Of a DNA stretch of 24,000 nucleotides, positions 15,342 to 23,898 are shown piece by piece. Position 1 is the first letter of the stretch. Each line of letters opens with the position of its first letter. Below the pieces are notes generated by a model. It was not told where the DNA came from. It did no database searches and saw only the letters and a list, made by a program, of their open reading frames with translations. The DNA comes from Peterkaempfera griseoplana (GTDB taxonomy: Bacteria; Actinomycetota; Actinomycetes; Streptomycetales; Streptomycetaceae). The position numbers and the translations under genes are program-made. The stretch lies in NCBI RefSeq assembly GCF_001418575.1, contig NZ_LIQR01000222.1, positions 2,554-26,553 on the forward strand. The letters run 5' to 3'.

Positions 15342-17483
15342 GTGACAACAACCGCGGACGGCCGGCTCGACCCCGAGTACGATCCCGAGCCGGTCGCGGT
15401 GAAGAGTCCCCCGCAGGAAGCGGGGGCATCCGCTGGCGACCCGGCCGCCGCCGAGGGGGCCGCGGCGGCCCCCGCAGGCGCCCCGGCGCCGACCCCGCGG
15501 GCGGTGGCCGCGGCGGCGCTGGAGCGCGCCACCGCCCATCTGCTGTCGCTGCAGAACGAGCAGGGCTGGTGGAAGGGCAACCTCGAGACCAATGTGACCA
15601 TGGACGCCGAGGATCTGCTGCTGCGGCAGTTCCTGGGCATCCGCACCGATGAGCAGACCCGCGCCACCGCCCAGTGGATCCGCTCCCAGCAGCGCGAGGA
15701 CGGCACCTGGGCCACCTTCCACGGCGGCCCGTCCGAGCTCTCCACCACGGTGGAGGCCTATGTCGCCCTCAAGCTCGCCGGTGACGACCCGCAGGCACCG
15801 CACATGGCCTCCGCCGCGGCCTGGATCCGGGAGCACGGCGGGATCGCCGCCAGCAGGGTCTTCACCCGGATCTGGCTGGCGCTCTTCGGCTGGTGGCCCT
15901 GGAGCCGGCTGCCGGAGCTGCCCCCCGAGGTCATGTTCCTGCCCAAGTGGGCCCCGCTCAACATCTACTCCTTCGGCTGCTGGGCCCGGCAGACCATCGT
16001 GCCGCTGACCGTGGTCTCCGCGCACCGCCCCGTCCGTCCGGCCCCCTTCGCCCTGGACGAGCTGCACAGCGACCCGGCCGACCCCTTCCGCACCCCGCCG
16101 ATGGCCTCGCCCACCAGCTGGGACGGCCTCTTCCAGCGGCTGGACCGGGTGCTGCACGCCTACCACCGGCACGCGGTGGGCCCCCTGCGCCGGCTCGCCC
16201 TGGGCCAGGCGACCCGCTGGATCGTGGAGCGCCAGGAGGCGGACGGCTGCTGGGGCGGGATCCAGCCCCCCGCGGTCTACTCGCTGATCGCCCTCCACCT
16301 GGAGGGTTACGACCTGGCGCACCCGGTGATGAAGGCCGGACTCGCCGCCTTCGACCGCTTCACCGTGCACACCGAGGACGGCGGCCGCTGGCTGGAGGCC
16401 TGTCAGTCCCCGGTGTGGGACACCTGCCTGGCCACCATCGCGCTGGTGGACGCCGGGCTGCCCGCCGACCACCCCGCTCTGATCTCCGCGGCGGAGTGGA
16501 TGCTCGGCGAGGAGGTGCGACGGCGCGGCGACTGGGCCGTCCAGCGGCCCGGGCTGCCCGCCGGCGGATGGGCGTTCGAGTTCGACAACGACACCTATCC
16601 CGACATCGACGACACCGCCGAGGTGGTCCTGGCACTGCGCCGGGTGGCCCACCCGGACCAGGAGCGGCTGCGGGCCGCGGTGGAGCGCGGAGTCGCCTGG
16701 AACCTGGGCATGCAGTCCAAGAACGGCGCCTGGGGCGCCTTCGACGTGGACAACACCAGCACACTGCCCAACAAGCTGCCGTTCTGCGACTTCGGCGAGG
16801 TGGTGGACCCGCCGTCCGCCGACGTCACCGCCCATGTGGTGGAGATGCTCGCCGACGTCGGCAAGGCCCGCGACCCCCGCACCCGCCGGGGCGTGGAGTG
16901 GCTGCTTCGCGAGCAGGAGACCGACGGCTCCTGGTTCGGCCGCTGGGGCACCAACTACATCTACGGGACGGGCTCGGTGGTCCCGGCGCTGGTCGCCGCG
17001 GGCATCCCCACCGCCCACCCCGCCGTCCGCCGCGCCGTGCGGTGGCTGGAGGAGCACCAGAACGCCGACGGCGGCTGGGGCGAGGACATGCGCTCCTACG
17101 AGGACCAGGAGAAGTGGTCCGGACGCGGGGAGTCCACCGCCTCGCAGACCGCCTGGGCGCTGATGGCCCTGCTGTCGGCGGGGGAGAGCGGGGAGGCGGT
17201 GGACCGCGGCGTCGCCTGGCTGGCCGCCACCCAGCTGCCGGAGGGCACCTGGGACGAGCCGCACTTCACCGGCACCGGCTTCCCCTGGGACTTCTCCATC
17301 AACTACAACCTCTACCGCCTGGTCTTCCCGGTGACCGCACTCGGCCGCTACCTCCACGGCGTCCCCCGGCCGGAGGCCGGCGGCCACCCGGTGCGCTCCC
17401 TGACCGCCCCCCTCGCCGCGGCCTCCGGGACCCGGGGCGACGGGTCCGGCGGCGAGGGCAGCGGGGCGAGGGGCGACCGATGA
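15342..17483 (+). CDS. shc: Squalene-hopene cyclase
   Basis: The catalytic DxDDTA motif is present (YPDIDDTAEVV). There are multiple QW repeats (QNEQGWW, QQREDGTW, RQEADGCW, EQETDGSWFGRWG, HQNADGGWGE, TQLPEGTWDE). The start is GTG 15342, 7 nt after the upstream stop. Confidence 0.95.
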   Translation: MTTTADGRLDPEYDPEPVAVKSPPQEAGASAGDPAAAEGAAAAPAGAPAPTPRAVAAAALERATAHLLSLQNEQGWWKGNLETNVTMDAEDLLLRQFLGIRTDEQTRATAQWIRSQQREDGTWATFHGGPSELSTTVEAYVALKLAGDDPQAPHMASAAAWIREHGGIAASRVFTRIWLALFGWWPWSRLPELPPEVMFLPKWAPLNIYSFGCWARQTIVPLTVVSAHRPVRPAPFALDELHSDPADPFRTPPMASPTSWDGLFQRLDRVLHAYHRHAVGPLRRLALGQATRWIVERQEADGCWGGIQPPAVYSLIALHLEGYDLAHPVMKAGLAAFDRFTVHTEDGGRWLEACQSPVWDTCLATIALVDAGLPADHPALISAAEWMLGEEVRRRGDWAVQRPGLPAGGWAFEFDNDTYPDIDDTAEVVLALRRVAHPDQERLRAAVERGVAWNLGMQSKNGAWGAFDVDNTSTLPNKLPFCDFGEVVDPPSADVTAHVVEMLADVGKARDPRTRRGVEWLLREQETDGSWFGRWGTNYIYGTGSVVPALVAAGIPTAHPAVRRAVRWLEEHQNADGGWGEDMRSYEDQEKWSGRGESTASQTAWALMALLSAGESGEAVDRGVAWLAATQLPEGTWDEPHFTGTGFPWDFSINYNLYRLVFPVTALGRYLHGVPRPEAGGHPVRSLTAPLAAASGTRGDGSGGEGSGARGDR

Positions 17484-18235
17484 CCCCGACCGACCCGGTC
17501 GCCCCAGCCGCCGCACCGGCGAACCGGCCCGCACCCCCGCTGCTGGTGGTCTGCGCGCTGGGGGTGGAGCGCTGGGCGCTGCGCGGCGGCGACTGGTCCG
17601 GCGGCAAGGCGGTGCTGACGGCCACCGGAATGGGACCGCTGCGCGCCCGAAAGGCCGTCACCGCCCTGCTGGGCGACGGCGGCGGGGCCTACGGCGGGCT
17701 GCTGGCCGTCGGGTTCTGCGCCGCCGCAGGACGGGGAATAAGCCCTGGGGACGCCGTTGTTGCCACCGGGGTGCGAGACGAAGGGGAGTGCTCGATCGAG
17801 ATCCCTTCGTCGGCCCTGCTCGCGCGCCTGCTGCGGGAGCGGGGCATGACCGTGCACACCGGTCTGCTGCACTCGGCCGACCAGGTGGTGCGCGGCGCCG
17901 AGGCCCGCGCACGGCTGCACGCCGCCGGTGTCACCGGCATCGACATGGAGACCGCGGCGGTGCTCTCGGCCGCCGGACGGACCGCGCCCGGGCTTCCGGT
18001 CGCCGCCGTACGCATAGTCGTCGACACGCCGGAGCGTGAACTGCTGCGCCCGGCCACGGTCCCGAGCGGAGTGCGCGCTTGGCGCGCACTCCGCTCCACC
18101 GTGCCCGCCCTCACCGCCTGGCACCGGACCGTGGCCCCCCGGCCCGGCGCGGCGGCCCCGGCGGGCGACATCGACCGCAATCCCGCAATGCCATCCGTTA
18201 CCCCTATCCGGACGCTCCCTCAGGAGGCGAGCTAG
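17480..18235 (+). CDS. hpnG: Hopanoid-associated phosphorylase/nucleosidase HpnG (PNP/MTAN-fold)
   Basis: It has LLVVCALGVERWAL, a GIDMETAAV motif typical of nucleoside phosphorylase/MTA nucleosidase folds, and VRIVVD. ATG 17480 overlaps the shc stop (ATGA). Its position between shc and hpnH is conserved. Confidence 0.8.
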   Translation: MTPTDPVAPAAAPANRPAPPLLVVCALGVERWALRGGDWSGGKAVLTATGMGPLRARKAVTALLGDGGGAYGGLLAVGFCAAAGRGISPGDAVVATGVRDEGECSIEIPSSALLARLLRERGMTVHTGLLHSADQVVRGAEARARLHAAGVTGIDMETAAVLSAAGRTAPGLPVAAVRIVVDTPERELLRPATVPSGVRAWRALRSTVPALTAWHRTVAPRPGAAAPAGDIDRNPAMPSVTPIRTLPQEAS

Positions 18236-18237
18236 CC

Positions 18238-19266
18238 ATGGCCATGCCGCTGCGCCAGACCGCGCGGATCAGCACGTACCTCCTCCAGCAGAAACTCCTG
18301 AAGCGCCGGGACAAGTTCCCGCTCATCGTGGAACTCGAGCCGTTGTTCGCCTGCAATCTCAAGTGCGAGGGCTGCGGCAAGATCCAGCACCCCGCCGGGG
18401 TGCTCAAGCAGCGGATGCCCGTCGCCCAGGCGGTGGGCGCGGTGCTGGAGTCGGGCGCGCCGATGGTGTCCATCGCCGGCGGAGAGCCGCTGATGCACCC
18501 CCAGATCGACGAGATCGTCCGGCAGTTGGTGGAGCGGCGCAAGTACGTCTTCCTCTGCACCAATGCGCTGCTGCTCCGCAAGAAGCTGGACAAGTTCACC
18601 CCGTCGCCCTACTTCTCCTTCACCGTGCACATCGACGGGCTGCGGGAACGCCATGACGCCTCGGTGGCCAAGGAAGGCACCTTCGACGAGGCGGTGGCGG
18701 CCATCAAGGAGGCCAAGGCCCGGGGTTTCCGGGTCACCACCAACAGCACCTTCTTCAACACCGACACCGCGCAGAGCGTCGTCGAGGTGCTGGACTACCT
18801 CAATGACGACCTGCAGGTGGACGAGATGATGATCTCGCCCGCCTACGCCTACGAGAAGGCGCCCGACCAGGAGCACTTCCTCGGCGTCCAGCAGACCAGG
18901 GAGCTGTTCAAGAAGGCGTTCGCGGGCGGCAACCGGCGCCGCTGGCGGCTCAACCACAGCCCGCTGTTCCTGGACTTCCTCGAGGGCAAGGTGGACTTCG
19001 AGTGCACCGCCTGGGGCATCCCCAACTACTCGCTCTTCGGCTGGCAGCGCCCCTGCTATCTGATGTCCGACGGATACGTCCCGACCTACCGGGAGCTGGT
19101 CGAGGGCACCGACTGGGACAAGTACGGCCGCGGCAAGGACGCACGCTGCGAGAACTGCATGGCCCACTGCGGCTATGAGCCCACGGCCGTCCTGGCGACC
19201 ATGGGATCGCTCAAGGCGTCCATCCGCGCCGCCCGGGAGACCGTCGCCGGCAACCGCGGCCACTGA
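18238..19266 (+). CDS. hpnH: Adenosyl-hopene transferase HpnH (radical SAM)
   Basis: The CNLKCEGCG radical-SAM CxxxCxxC motif is present, along with the N-terminal YLLQQKLLKRRDKFPL segment and the C-terminal Cys-rich CENCMAHCGYEP. CAGGAGG at 18221-18227 precedes ATG 18238. Confidence 0.92.
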   Translation: MAMPLRQTARISTYLLQQKLLKRRDKFPLIVELEPLFACNLKCEGCGKIQHPAGVLKQRMPVAQAVGAVLESGAPMVSIAGGEPLMHPQIDEIVRQLVERRKYVFLCTNALLLRKKLDKFTPSPYFSFTVHIDGLRERHDASVAKEGTFDEAVAAIKEAKARGFRVTTNSTFFNTDTAQSVVEVLDYLNDDLQVDEMMISPAYAYEKAPDQEHFLGVQQTRELFKKAFAGGNRRRWRLNHSPLFLDFLEGKVDFECTAWGIPNYSLFGWQRPCYLMSDGYVPTYRELVEGTDWDKYGRGKDARCENCMAHCGYEPTAVLATMGSLKASIRAARETVAGNRGH

Positions 19267-19285
19267 GGACCCGTCACCTCCACCA

Positions 19286-19319
19286 GTGCGGCGCGGGGCC
19301 GCCCCACCCCGCGCCGCAC
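19286..19319 (+). terminator. Perfect 13-bp GC hairpin directly after hpnH
   Basis: gtgcggcgcgggg (19286-19298), an 8-nt loop, then ccccgcgccgcac (19307-19319). It starts 20 nt after the hpnH stop. No U-tract is present. Confidence 0.5.
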
Positions 19320-19424
19320 GGCTCCTCCCCGTGCGGCTCCCGCCTGCCCGGGTTCTCCCTTCACCCCGTCCTCTCACACCGTTCCCCGAAGCACTGATCC
19401 GCCGTTCCACAGTGAGGGTGAAAC

Positions 19425-20573
19425 ATGACCGCGATCTCGCTCGGTATTCCGTCCATGCCGCTTCAGCCGCTCGCCGTTCGCCGCAGGTCGCGGCAGATCA
19501 TGGTGGGGAGTGTGCCGGTGGGTGGTGATGCGCCGGTGTCCGTGCAGTCGATGACGACGACGGTGACGGCCGATGTCAATGCGACGTTGCAGCAGATCGC
19601 GCAGTTGACGGCGTCGGGGTGTCAGATCGTGCGGGTGGCGGTGCCGTCGCAGGACGATGCGGACGCGTTGCCGGCGATTGCGCGGAAGTCGCAGATCCCG
19701 GTGATCGCGGACATTCACTTCCAGCCGAAGTATGTGTTCGCTGCGATCGATGCGGGGTGTGCGGCGGTCCGGGTGAATCCGGGGAACATCAAGCAGTTCG
19801 ACGACAAGGTGGCGGAGATCGCGAAGGCGGCTTCGGCGGCGGGGACTCCGATTCGGATCGGGGTGAATGCGGGGTCGTTGGACCGGCGGTTGCTGGAGAA
19901 GTACGGGCGGGCGACTCCGGAGGCGTTGGTGGAGTCGGCGTTGTGGGAGTGTTCGCTTTTTGAGGAGCACGGGTTCCGGGACATCAAGATCTCGGTGAAG
20001 CACAACGATCCGGTGGTGATGGTGAATGCGTACCGGCAGTTGGCGGCGGCGTGTGATTATCCGTTGCATCTGGGGGTGACGGAGGCGGGTCCGGCGTTCC
20101 AGGGGACGATCAAGTCGGCGGTGGCGTTCGGGGCGTTGCTGGCGGAGGGGATCGGGGACACGATCCGGGTGTCGTTGTCGGCGCCTCCGGTGGAGGAGGT
20201 GAAGGTGGGGATCCAGATTCTGGAGTCGTTGAATCTGCGGCAGCGGGGTCTGGAGATTGTGTCGTGTCCGTCGTGCGGGCGGGCGCAGGTGGATGTGTAC
20301 AAGCTCGCGGAGGAGGTGACCGCGGGTCTTGAGGGGATGAATGTGCCGCTGCGGGTGGCGGTGATGGGGTGTGTGGTGAACGGGCCGGGGGAGGCGCGTG
20401 AGGCGGATCTGGGTGTGGCGTCGGGCAATGGCAAGGGGCAGATCTTCGTCAAGGGTGAGGTGATCAAGACGGTGCCGGAGTCGAAGATCGTGGAGACGCT
20501 GATCGAGGAGGCCCTCAAGCTGGCCGAGGGCATGGACGAGCAGGGCGAGCCCACCGTCACCCCCGTCGGCTGA
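19425..20573 (+). CDS. ispG: 4-hydroxy-3-methylbut-2-en-1-yl diphosphate synthase (flavodoxin), MEP pathway
   Basis: The 382-aa product contains [35 protein letters not shown] and the CPSCGR...GCVVNGPGE [4Fe-4S] cysteines. GAGGGTG precedes ATG 19425. Confidence 0.95.
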   Translation: MTAISLGIPSMPLQPLAVRRRSRQIMVGSVPVGGDAPVSVQSMTTTVTADVNATLQQIAQLTASGCQIVRVAVPSQDDADALPAIARKSQIPVIADIHFQPKYVFAAIDAGCAAVRVNPGNIKQFDDKVAEIAKAASAAGTPIRIGVNAGSLDRRLLEKYGRATPEALVESALWECSLFEEHGFRDIKISVKHNDPVVMVNAYRQLAAACDYPLHLGVTEAGPAFQGTIKSAVAFGALLAEGIGDTIRVSLSAPPVEEVKVGIQILESLNLRQRGLEIVSCPSCGRAQVDVYKLAEEVTAGLEGMNVPLRVAVMGCVVNGPGEAREADLGVASGNGKGQIFVKGEVIKTVPESKIVETLIEEALKLAEGMDEQGEPTVTPVG

Positions 20574-20587
20574 ACCGCCGGCCGGTC

Positions 20588-20629
20588 CCCGCACGGGCCG
20601 GACGGCATGTGCTGTCGGGCCCGTGCGGG
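20588..20629 (+). terminator. Hairpin after ispG
   Basis: cccgcacgggcc (20588-20599) pairs with ggcccgtgcggg (20618-20629), a 12-bp stem. The 18-nt loop can extend the helix (gacggc / gctgtc with one mismatch). It lies 15 nt after the ispG stop. Confidence 0.55.
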
Positions 20630-20787
20630 CCGGGTATCGGCCGCCCCCGCGCGGCCGCGGCCACCTGCGAGGTAGGGTGCCTCCGCAGTGTCCGTACCCT
20701 CGTGTGTCGGGACCCGCGCCGCGGGACCCCCTACCGGACGGCCCGGAGCTGCGGCATGGGCAGCCCGACTGCAGGTGAGGCGCGCAG

Positions 20788-21642
20788 ATGCTGGGAAGTT
20801 CGATGTCGACCACCAGGGTCCTCGATGCGACGGATCTCGAGGACGCCCTCGACGTACTGGACCGCGACCCGGTGGCCAACGCCTTCGTCGCGGCCAGGGT
20901 GCAGGTGGCAGGGCTCGACCCCTGGCGGCTCGGCGGCGAGATGTGGGGCTGGTACGACGACGCCGGACTGCTGGACGCCCTCTGCTACGCCGGGGCCAAC
21001 CTGGTGCCGGTGAGCGCCGGACCGGAGGCCGTACGGGCCTTCGCCGACAGGGCCCGCAGACAGGGGCGGCGCTGCTCCTCCATCGTGGGGCCCGCCGAGC
21101 CCACCGCGGAACTGTGGTCGCTGCTGGAGCCGGGCTGGGGTCCGGCCCGCGAGATCCGCGCCTGCCAGCCGCTGATGACCGTCACCGAGCCCTGTGCCGA
21201 CATCCTCCCGGACCCCCGGGTCCGCCGGGTGCGGCGCGACGAGATCGAGCTGCTGATGCCGGCCTGCGTCGCGATGTTCACCGAGGAGGTGGGCGTCTCC
21301 CCCATGTCGGGGGACGGCGGCCTGCTCTACCGCGCCCGGGTCGCCGAACTGGTCACCGGCGGGCGGGCGTTCGCCCGCTTCGAGGACGGCCGGGTGGTGT
21401 TCAAGGCCGAGATCGGCGCGGTGACCGACCGGGCCTGCCAGATCCAGGGCGTCTGGGTCGCCCCCGACCGCCGCGGACAGGGGCTCTCCGAGACCGGGAT
21501 GGCCGCGGTGGTGCGGTACGCCCTGCAGGAGGTCGCCCCCGTGGTCAGCCTGTACGTCAACGACTTCAACCGCCCCGCCCGCGCCGCCTACCGCAGGGTC
21601 GGCTTCCAGGAGGTCGGGGCGTTCATGAGCGTTCTCTTCTGA
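20788..21642 (+). CDS. Two-domain GNAT-family N-acetyltransferase (N-terminal uncharacterised domain plus C-terminal GNAT)
   Basis: The C-terminal acetyl-CoA motif-A-like segment is IQGVWVAPDRRGQGLSETGMAAVV, followed by NRPARAAYRRVGF. AGGTGAGG lies upstream of ATG 20788, and ATG 20803 is an alternative start. Confidence 0.8.
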   Translation: MLGSSMSTTRVLDATDLEDALDVLDRDPVANAFVAARVQVAGLDPWRLGGEMWGWYDDAGLLDALCYAGANLVPVSAGPEAVRAFADRARRQGRRCSSIVGPAEPTAELWSLLEPGWGPAREIRACQPLMTVTEPCADILPDPRVRRVRRDEIELLMPACVAMFTEEVGVSPMSGDGGLLYRARVAELVTGGRAFARFEDGRVVFKAEIGAVTDRACQIQGVWVAPDRRGQGLSETGMAAVVRYALQEVAPVVSLYVNDFNRPARAAYRRVGFQEVGAFMSVLF

Positions 21643-21664
21643 CGGCGCGGTAACGTCCCCCGCC

Positions 21665-22210
21665 ATGGACGACGACGTGACGATCGAGCCCATCGACCTC
21701 GCTGCGCGAGCCGACGAGGCGCTGGCGGTGCAGGCGCTCGCCTTCGGGCTCACCGACGAGGAGATCGCGGTACGCCTGCAGATCGTCGCCCGCCATGCCG
21801 GCCAGCCCGGGGTGATCGCGCTGGGCGCGTTGCACGGCGGGCAGCTGGTCGGCTTCGGCTACGGGATGCCCAATGACCGCTCGCAGTGGTGGAGCACCGT
21901 CATCGAGCCCTATCTCCGGGCGCGCGGCACCGACGGCTGGCTCGACGGCTCGTTCTCCGTGACCGAGCTCCATGTGCTGCCGGCCTGGCAGGGGCGCGGG
22001 CTGGGGAGCGCGCTGATCGGGGAGCTCTGCAGACGGTCCGGGCTGCCCCGGTCCATCCTGTCGGCCATCGACGCGGAGACCCCCGCCCGACGGCTGTACC
22101 GGTCGCTGGGGTACGTGGACCTGGCGCGGCCGGTGCTGTTCCCCAACACGGAGCGGCCCTACGCGGTGATGGGGGCCCAACTGCCGCTGCGCGGACGGGT
22201 GGTGGGCTGA
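21665..22210 (+). CDS. GNAT-family N-acetyltransferase
   Basis: It contains ELHVLPAWQGRGLGSALIGEL (a Q/RxxGxG/A acetyl-CoA binding motif) and ARRLYRSLGY. Confidence 0.8.
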   Translation: MDDDVTIEPIDLAARADEALAVQALAFGLTDEEIAVRLQIVARHAGQPGVIALGALHGGQLVGFGYGMPNDRSQWWSTVIEPYLRARGTDGWLDGSFSVTELHVLPAWQGRGLGSALIGELCRRSGLPRSILSAIDAETPARRLYRSLGYVDLARPVLFPNTERPYAVMGAQLPLRGRVVG

Positions 22211-22226
22211 GCCCGCGGCCCGCGGG

Positions 22227-23174
22227 TCACAGCCGGCCGGCGAACTCCAGCCACAGCTCGGCGGCGGCGGTGTCACCGGCGTCCAGGCAGCGGATCCCCG
22301 CCTCGACGGTGCGGAAGAGCGTCCAGCCGCGGAGCCGGGTCCGGTCCACCTCCAGCGAGTCGGCCAGCCGGTGCAGCCGGCGGCGGACCGCCGCCTCCGG
22401 CCCGGGGGACCCGACCAGGGTCTCCATCCGGTCACGGGCCAGCCAGGCCAGGTCCCAGGCCCGTTCGCCGACCAGCGGACGGGGGTCGACGGCCAGCCAG
22501 GGCATGCGGTCGGCGGCCAGCACATTGCCATGGTGGAAGTCGCCGTGCAGCAGGACGTGGTCGGGCCGGCCGTGGGCGGGCGGGGGAGCGGAGGCCAGCA
22601 GGCCGGCCGCGGCCTCCAGGGCCTCGTCGACCAGGGGCAGGACGTCGGCGGCGGCCACCGCCGGCAGTTCCCGTCGCGTCCGCAGCAGGTCGTGGAGGGC
22701 CCGCGCATGGTCACCGGCGTCCGGGAAGGGATGCTCGGGCGGCGGTGCCACCCAGAGGCGCTGGAGCAGTCCGGCGGCCTCCAGCATCGCCTTGGCCTCC
22801 GGCAGCGAGCGCAGCGGGATGTCGCCGTGCAGCCGCTCCAGCAGCAGCACCGCATGCTCCGGGGTGGTGTCGGCGTCCAGCAGCCGCACGGCTCCGCGGC
22901 CGTCCCAGTGGGCCAGCGCGGTGTGCTCATGGGCGGTCTCCGGGGCCGCCATGCCCACCTTGAGCGCCGCGGGGCTGCCGTCGGCGCGCCGTACGTAGAC
23001 CACCAGGCTGGTGCGGCCGCCGGGTTCGCAGACGCGCTCCGCCGTGAGCTGCCAGCGGTCGAGGTAGTCGTCGGTCACGGACGGCAGCGCGGCCAGCCAG
23101 GCCGCTCCCGGCTCGCCCTTCCGTGCCCGCACGATCCGGTCGAGCCGCTGGGGGATGGAGATCGCTGCGGGCAT
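22227..23174 (-). CDS. Aminoglycoside phosphotransferase-fold kinase, APH(6)/streptomycin-6-kinase-like family
   Basis: The Brenner-type catalytic motif is LLHGDFHHGNVL, followed by AVDPRPLVGERAWDLA. The N-terminal lobe has an ALKV lysine. The fold call is strong. The substrate is unknown. Confidence 0.8.
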   Translation of the reverse strand: MPAAISIPQRLDRIVRARKGEPGAAWLAALPSVTDDYLDRWQLTAERVCEPGGRTSLVVYVRRADGSPAALKVGMAAPETAHEHTALAHWDGRGAVRLLDADTTPEHAVLLLERLHGDIPLRSLPEAKAMLEAAGLLQRLWVAPPPEHPFPDAGDHARALHDLLRTRRELPAVAAADVLPLVDEALEAAAGLLASAPPPAHGRPDHVLLHGDFHHGNVLAADRMPWLAVDPRPLVGERAWDLAWLARDRMETLVGSPGPEAAVRRRLHRLADSLEVDRTRLRGWTLFRTVEAGIRCLDAGDTAAAELWLEFAGRL

Positions 23175-23277
23175 GGTGTCCTCTCGTCGTGCTCCCCCGT
23201 GGCGCGGACGCCGTTCCCATTGTCGGTCATGGGTGCGATGGGGGGCGCGGCGAGGTGGTGCCCGGGCGGTGCCGGGC

Positions 23278-23748
23278 TCAGGGAGAGGGGTGCCCGGCGG
23301 TGGCGCGCTCGGGAAGGCCGGGGAAGGCCGGGCCGAGGGTGGCGCCGCGCCACTGGGCGGCGCGCAGGGCGGATTCGCGGAGGATGTCGGCGGCGGTGCG
23401 GCGCAGCCGGCCGGAGGAGGCGGCCACCAGGTCGGCGCTGACGGCGGCCAGCCGGTCCTCCAGCAGGGTCGCCAGCCGGACCGCGGACGCCGCGCCGGTG
23501 ACCGGGAACGGGAGGTCGTAGCCGGCGGCGGCGGCGACCGGGGTGGCGTGGCGGGCGGTGATCTCGCGCTGCAGGGCGTCGCGGCGGGCCTGGTGGGCGG
23601 TGTACGCGGCGCGGGCGGTGGCGAGGCGGGTCCCGGTCAGATGGGCGCCGGCGACGCCGTAGCCGTAGACAGCGGCGTGCTGGGCGGCGAGGGCGGCCTG
23701 CAGTGCGGTCAGCACGGCCGGGGTGGGGGAGGCGCGCGGCGTGGTCAC
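23278..23748 (-). CDS. Ferritin-like domain protein (DUF4439-type)
   Basis: The Ala-rich product has LQAALAAQHAAVYGYGVAGAHL and an AYTAHQARRDAL pattern, characteristic of the actinobacterial DUF4439 ferritin-like family. The start is GTG (complement at 23746-23748). Confidence 0.65.
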   Translation of the reverse strand: MTTPRASPTPAVLTALQAALAAQHAAVYGYGVAGAHLTGTRLATARAAYTAHQARRDALQREITARHATPVAAAAGYDLPFPVTGAASAVRLATLLEDRLAAVSADLVAASSGRLRRTAADILRESALRAAQWRGATLGPAFPGLPERATAGHPSP

Positions 23749-23898
23749 GGCTGGCTTTCGGGTCGGTGGGGTCGTGGGGATGGGGCCGGGGCGGACCGAA
23801 CCGGGCCGGCGGGCCGGGCACCGGTCCCGGCCCTGTGCCCGGTGCTCCCTGTGTGACGTCCGTGCCGCGGCAGGGGTCCGGGCCGGGCGGCGCGGGGC

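Noticed and set aside
17330-17483. A Gly/Arg-rich C-terminal tail of Shc containing two RGD triplets.
   Set aside because: It is a low-complexity tail of the kind common on Streptomyces proteins. RGD occurrences are expected by chance in Arg/Gly/Asp-rich sequence, and there is no evidence of function.
15180-17534. A 784-aa minus-strand ORF, plus the plus-strand 15893..18235 ORF (780 aa), both overlapping shc.
   Set aside because: shc is unambiguous (DxDDTA and QW repeats). The minus-strand ORF is the codon-aligned antisense shadow. Only the last 251 codons of 15893..18235 (from ATG 17480) are real, and they encode HpnG.
18198-18200. A TTA triplet inside hpnG, which could have been a bldA-dependent rare Leu codon.
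   Set aside because: It is not in frame (the reading is gtt acc). I found no in-frame TTA codon in any called CDS. The other TTA occurrences are intergenic (near 648) or span codon boundaries.
19374-20879. A 501-aa His/Arg/Pro/Leu-rich ORF antisense to ispG.
   Set aside because: Its codons align exactly with the ispG codons, so its first position is the complement of ispG's third position. Near-absence of A at ispG third positions removes antisense stops, and the G3/T3 bias mechanically produces CNN/ANN codons. It is a by-product of the ispG codon anomaly and not a gene.
22208-22229. A palindrome-like sequence, tgagcccgcggcccgcgggtca, between the convergent GNAT and APH stops.
   Set aside because: The complementary arms (cccgcgg / ccgcggg) are separated by a single nucleotide, so a stable terminator hairpin cannot form as drawn. 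It is too short to call.
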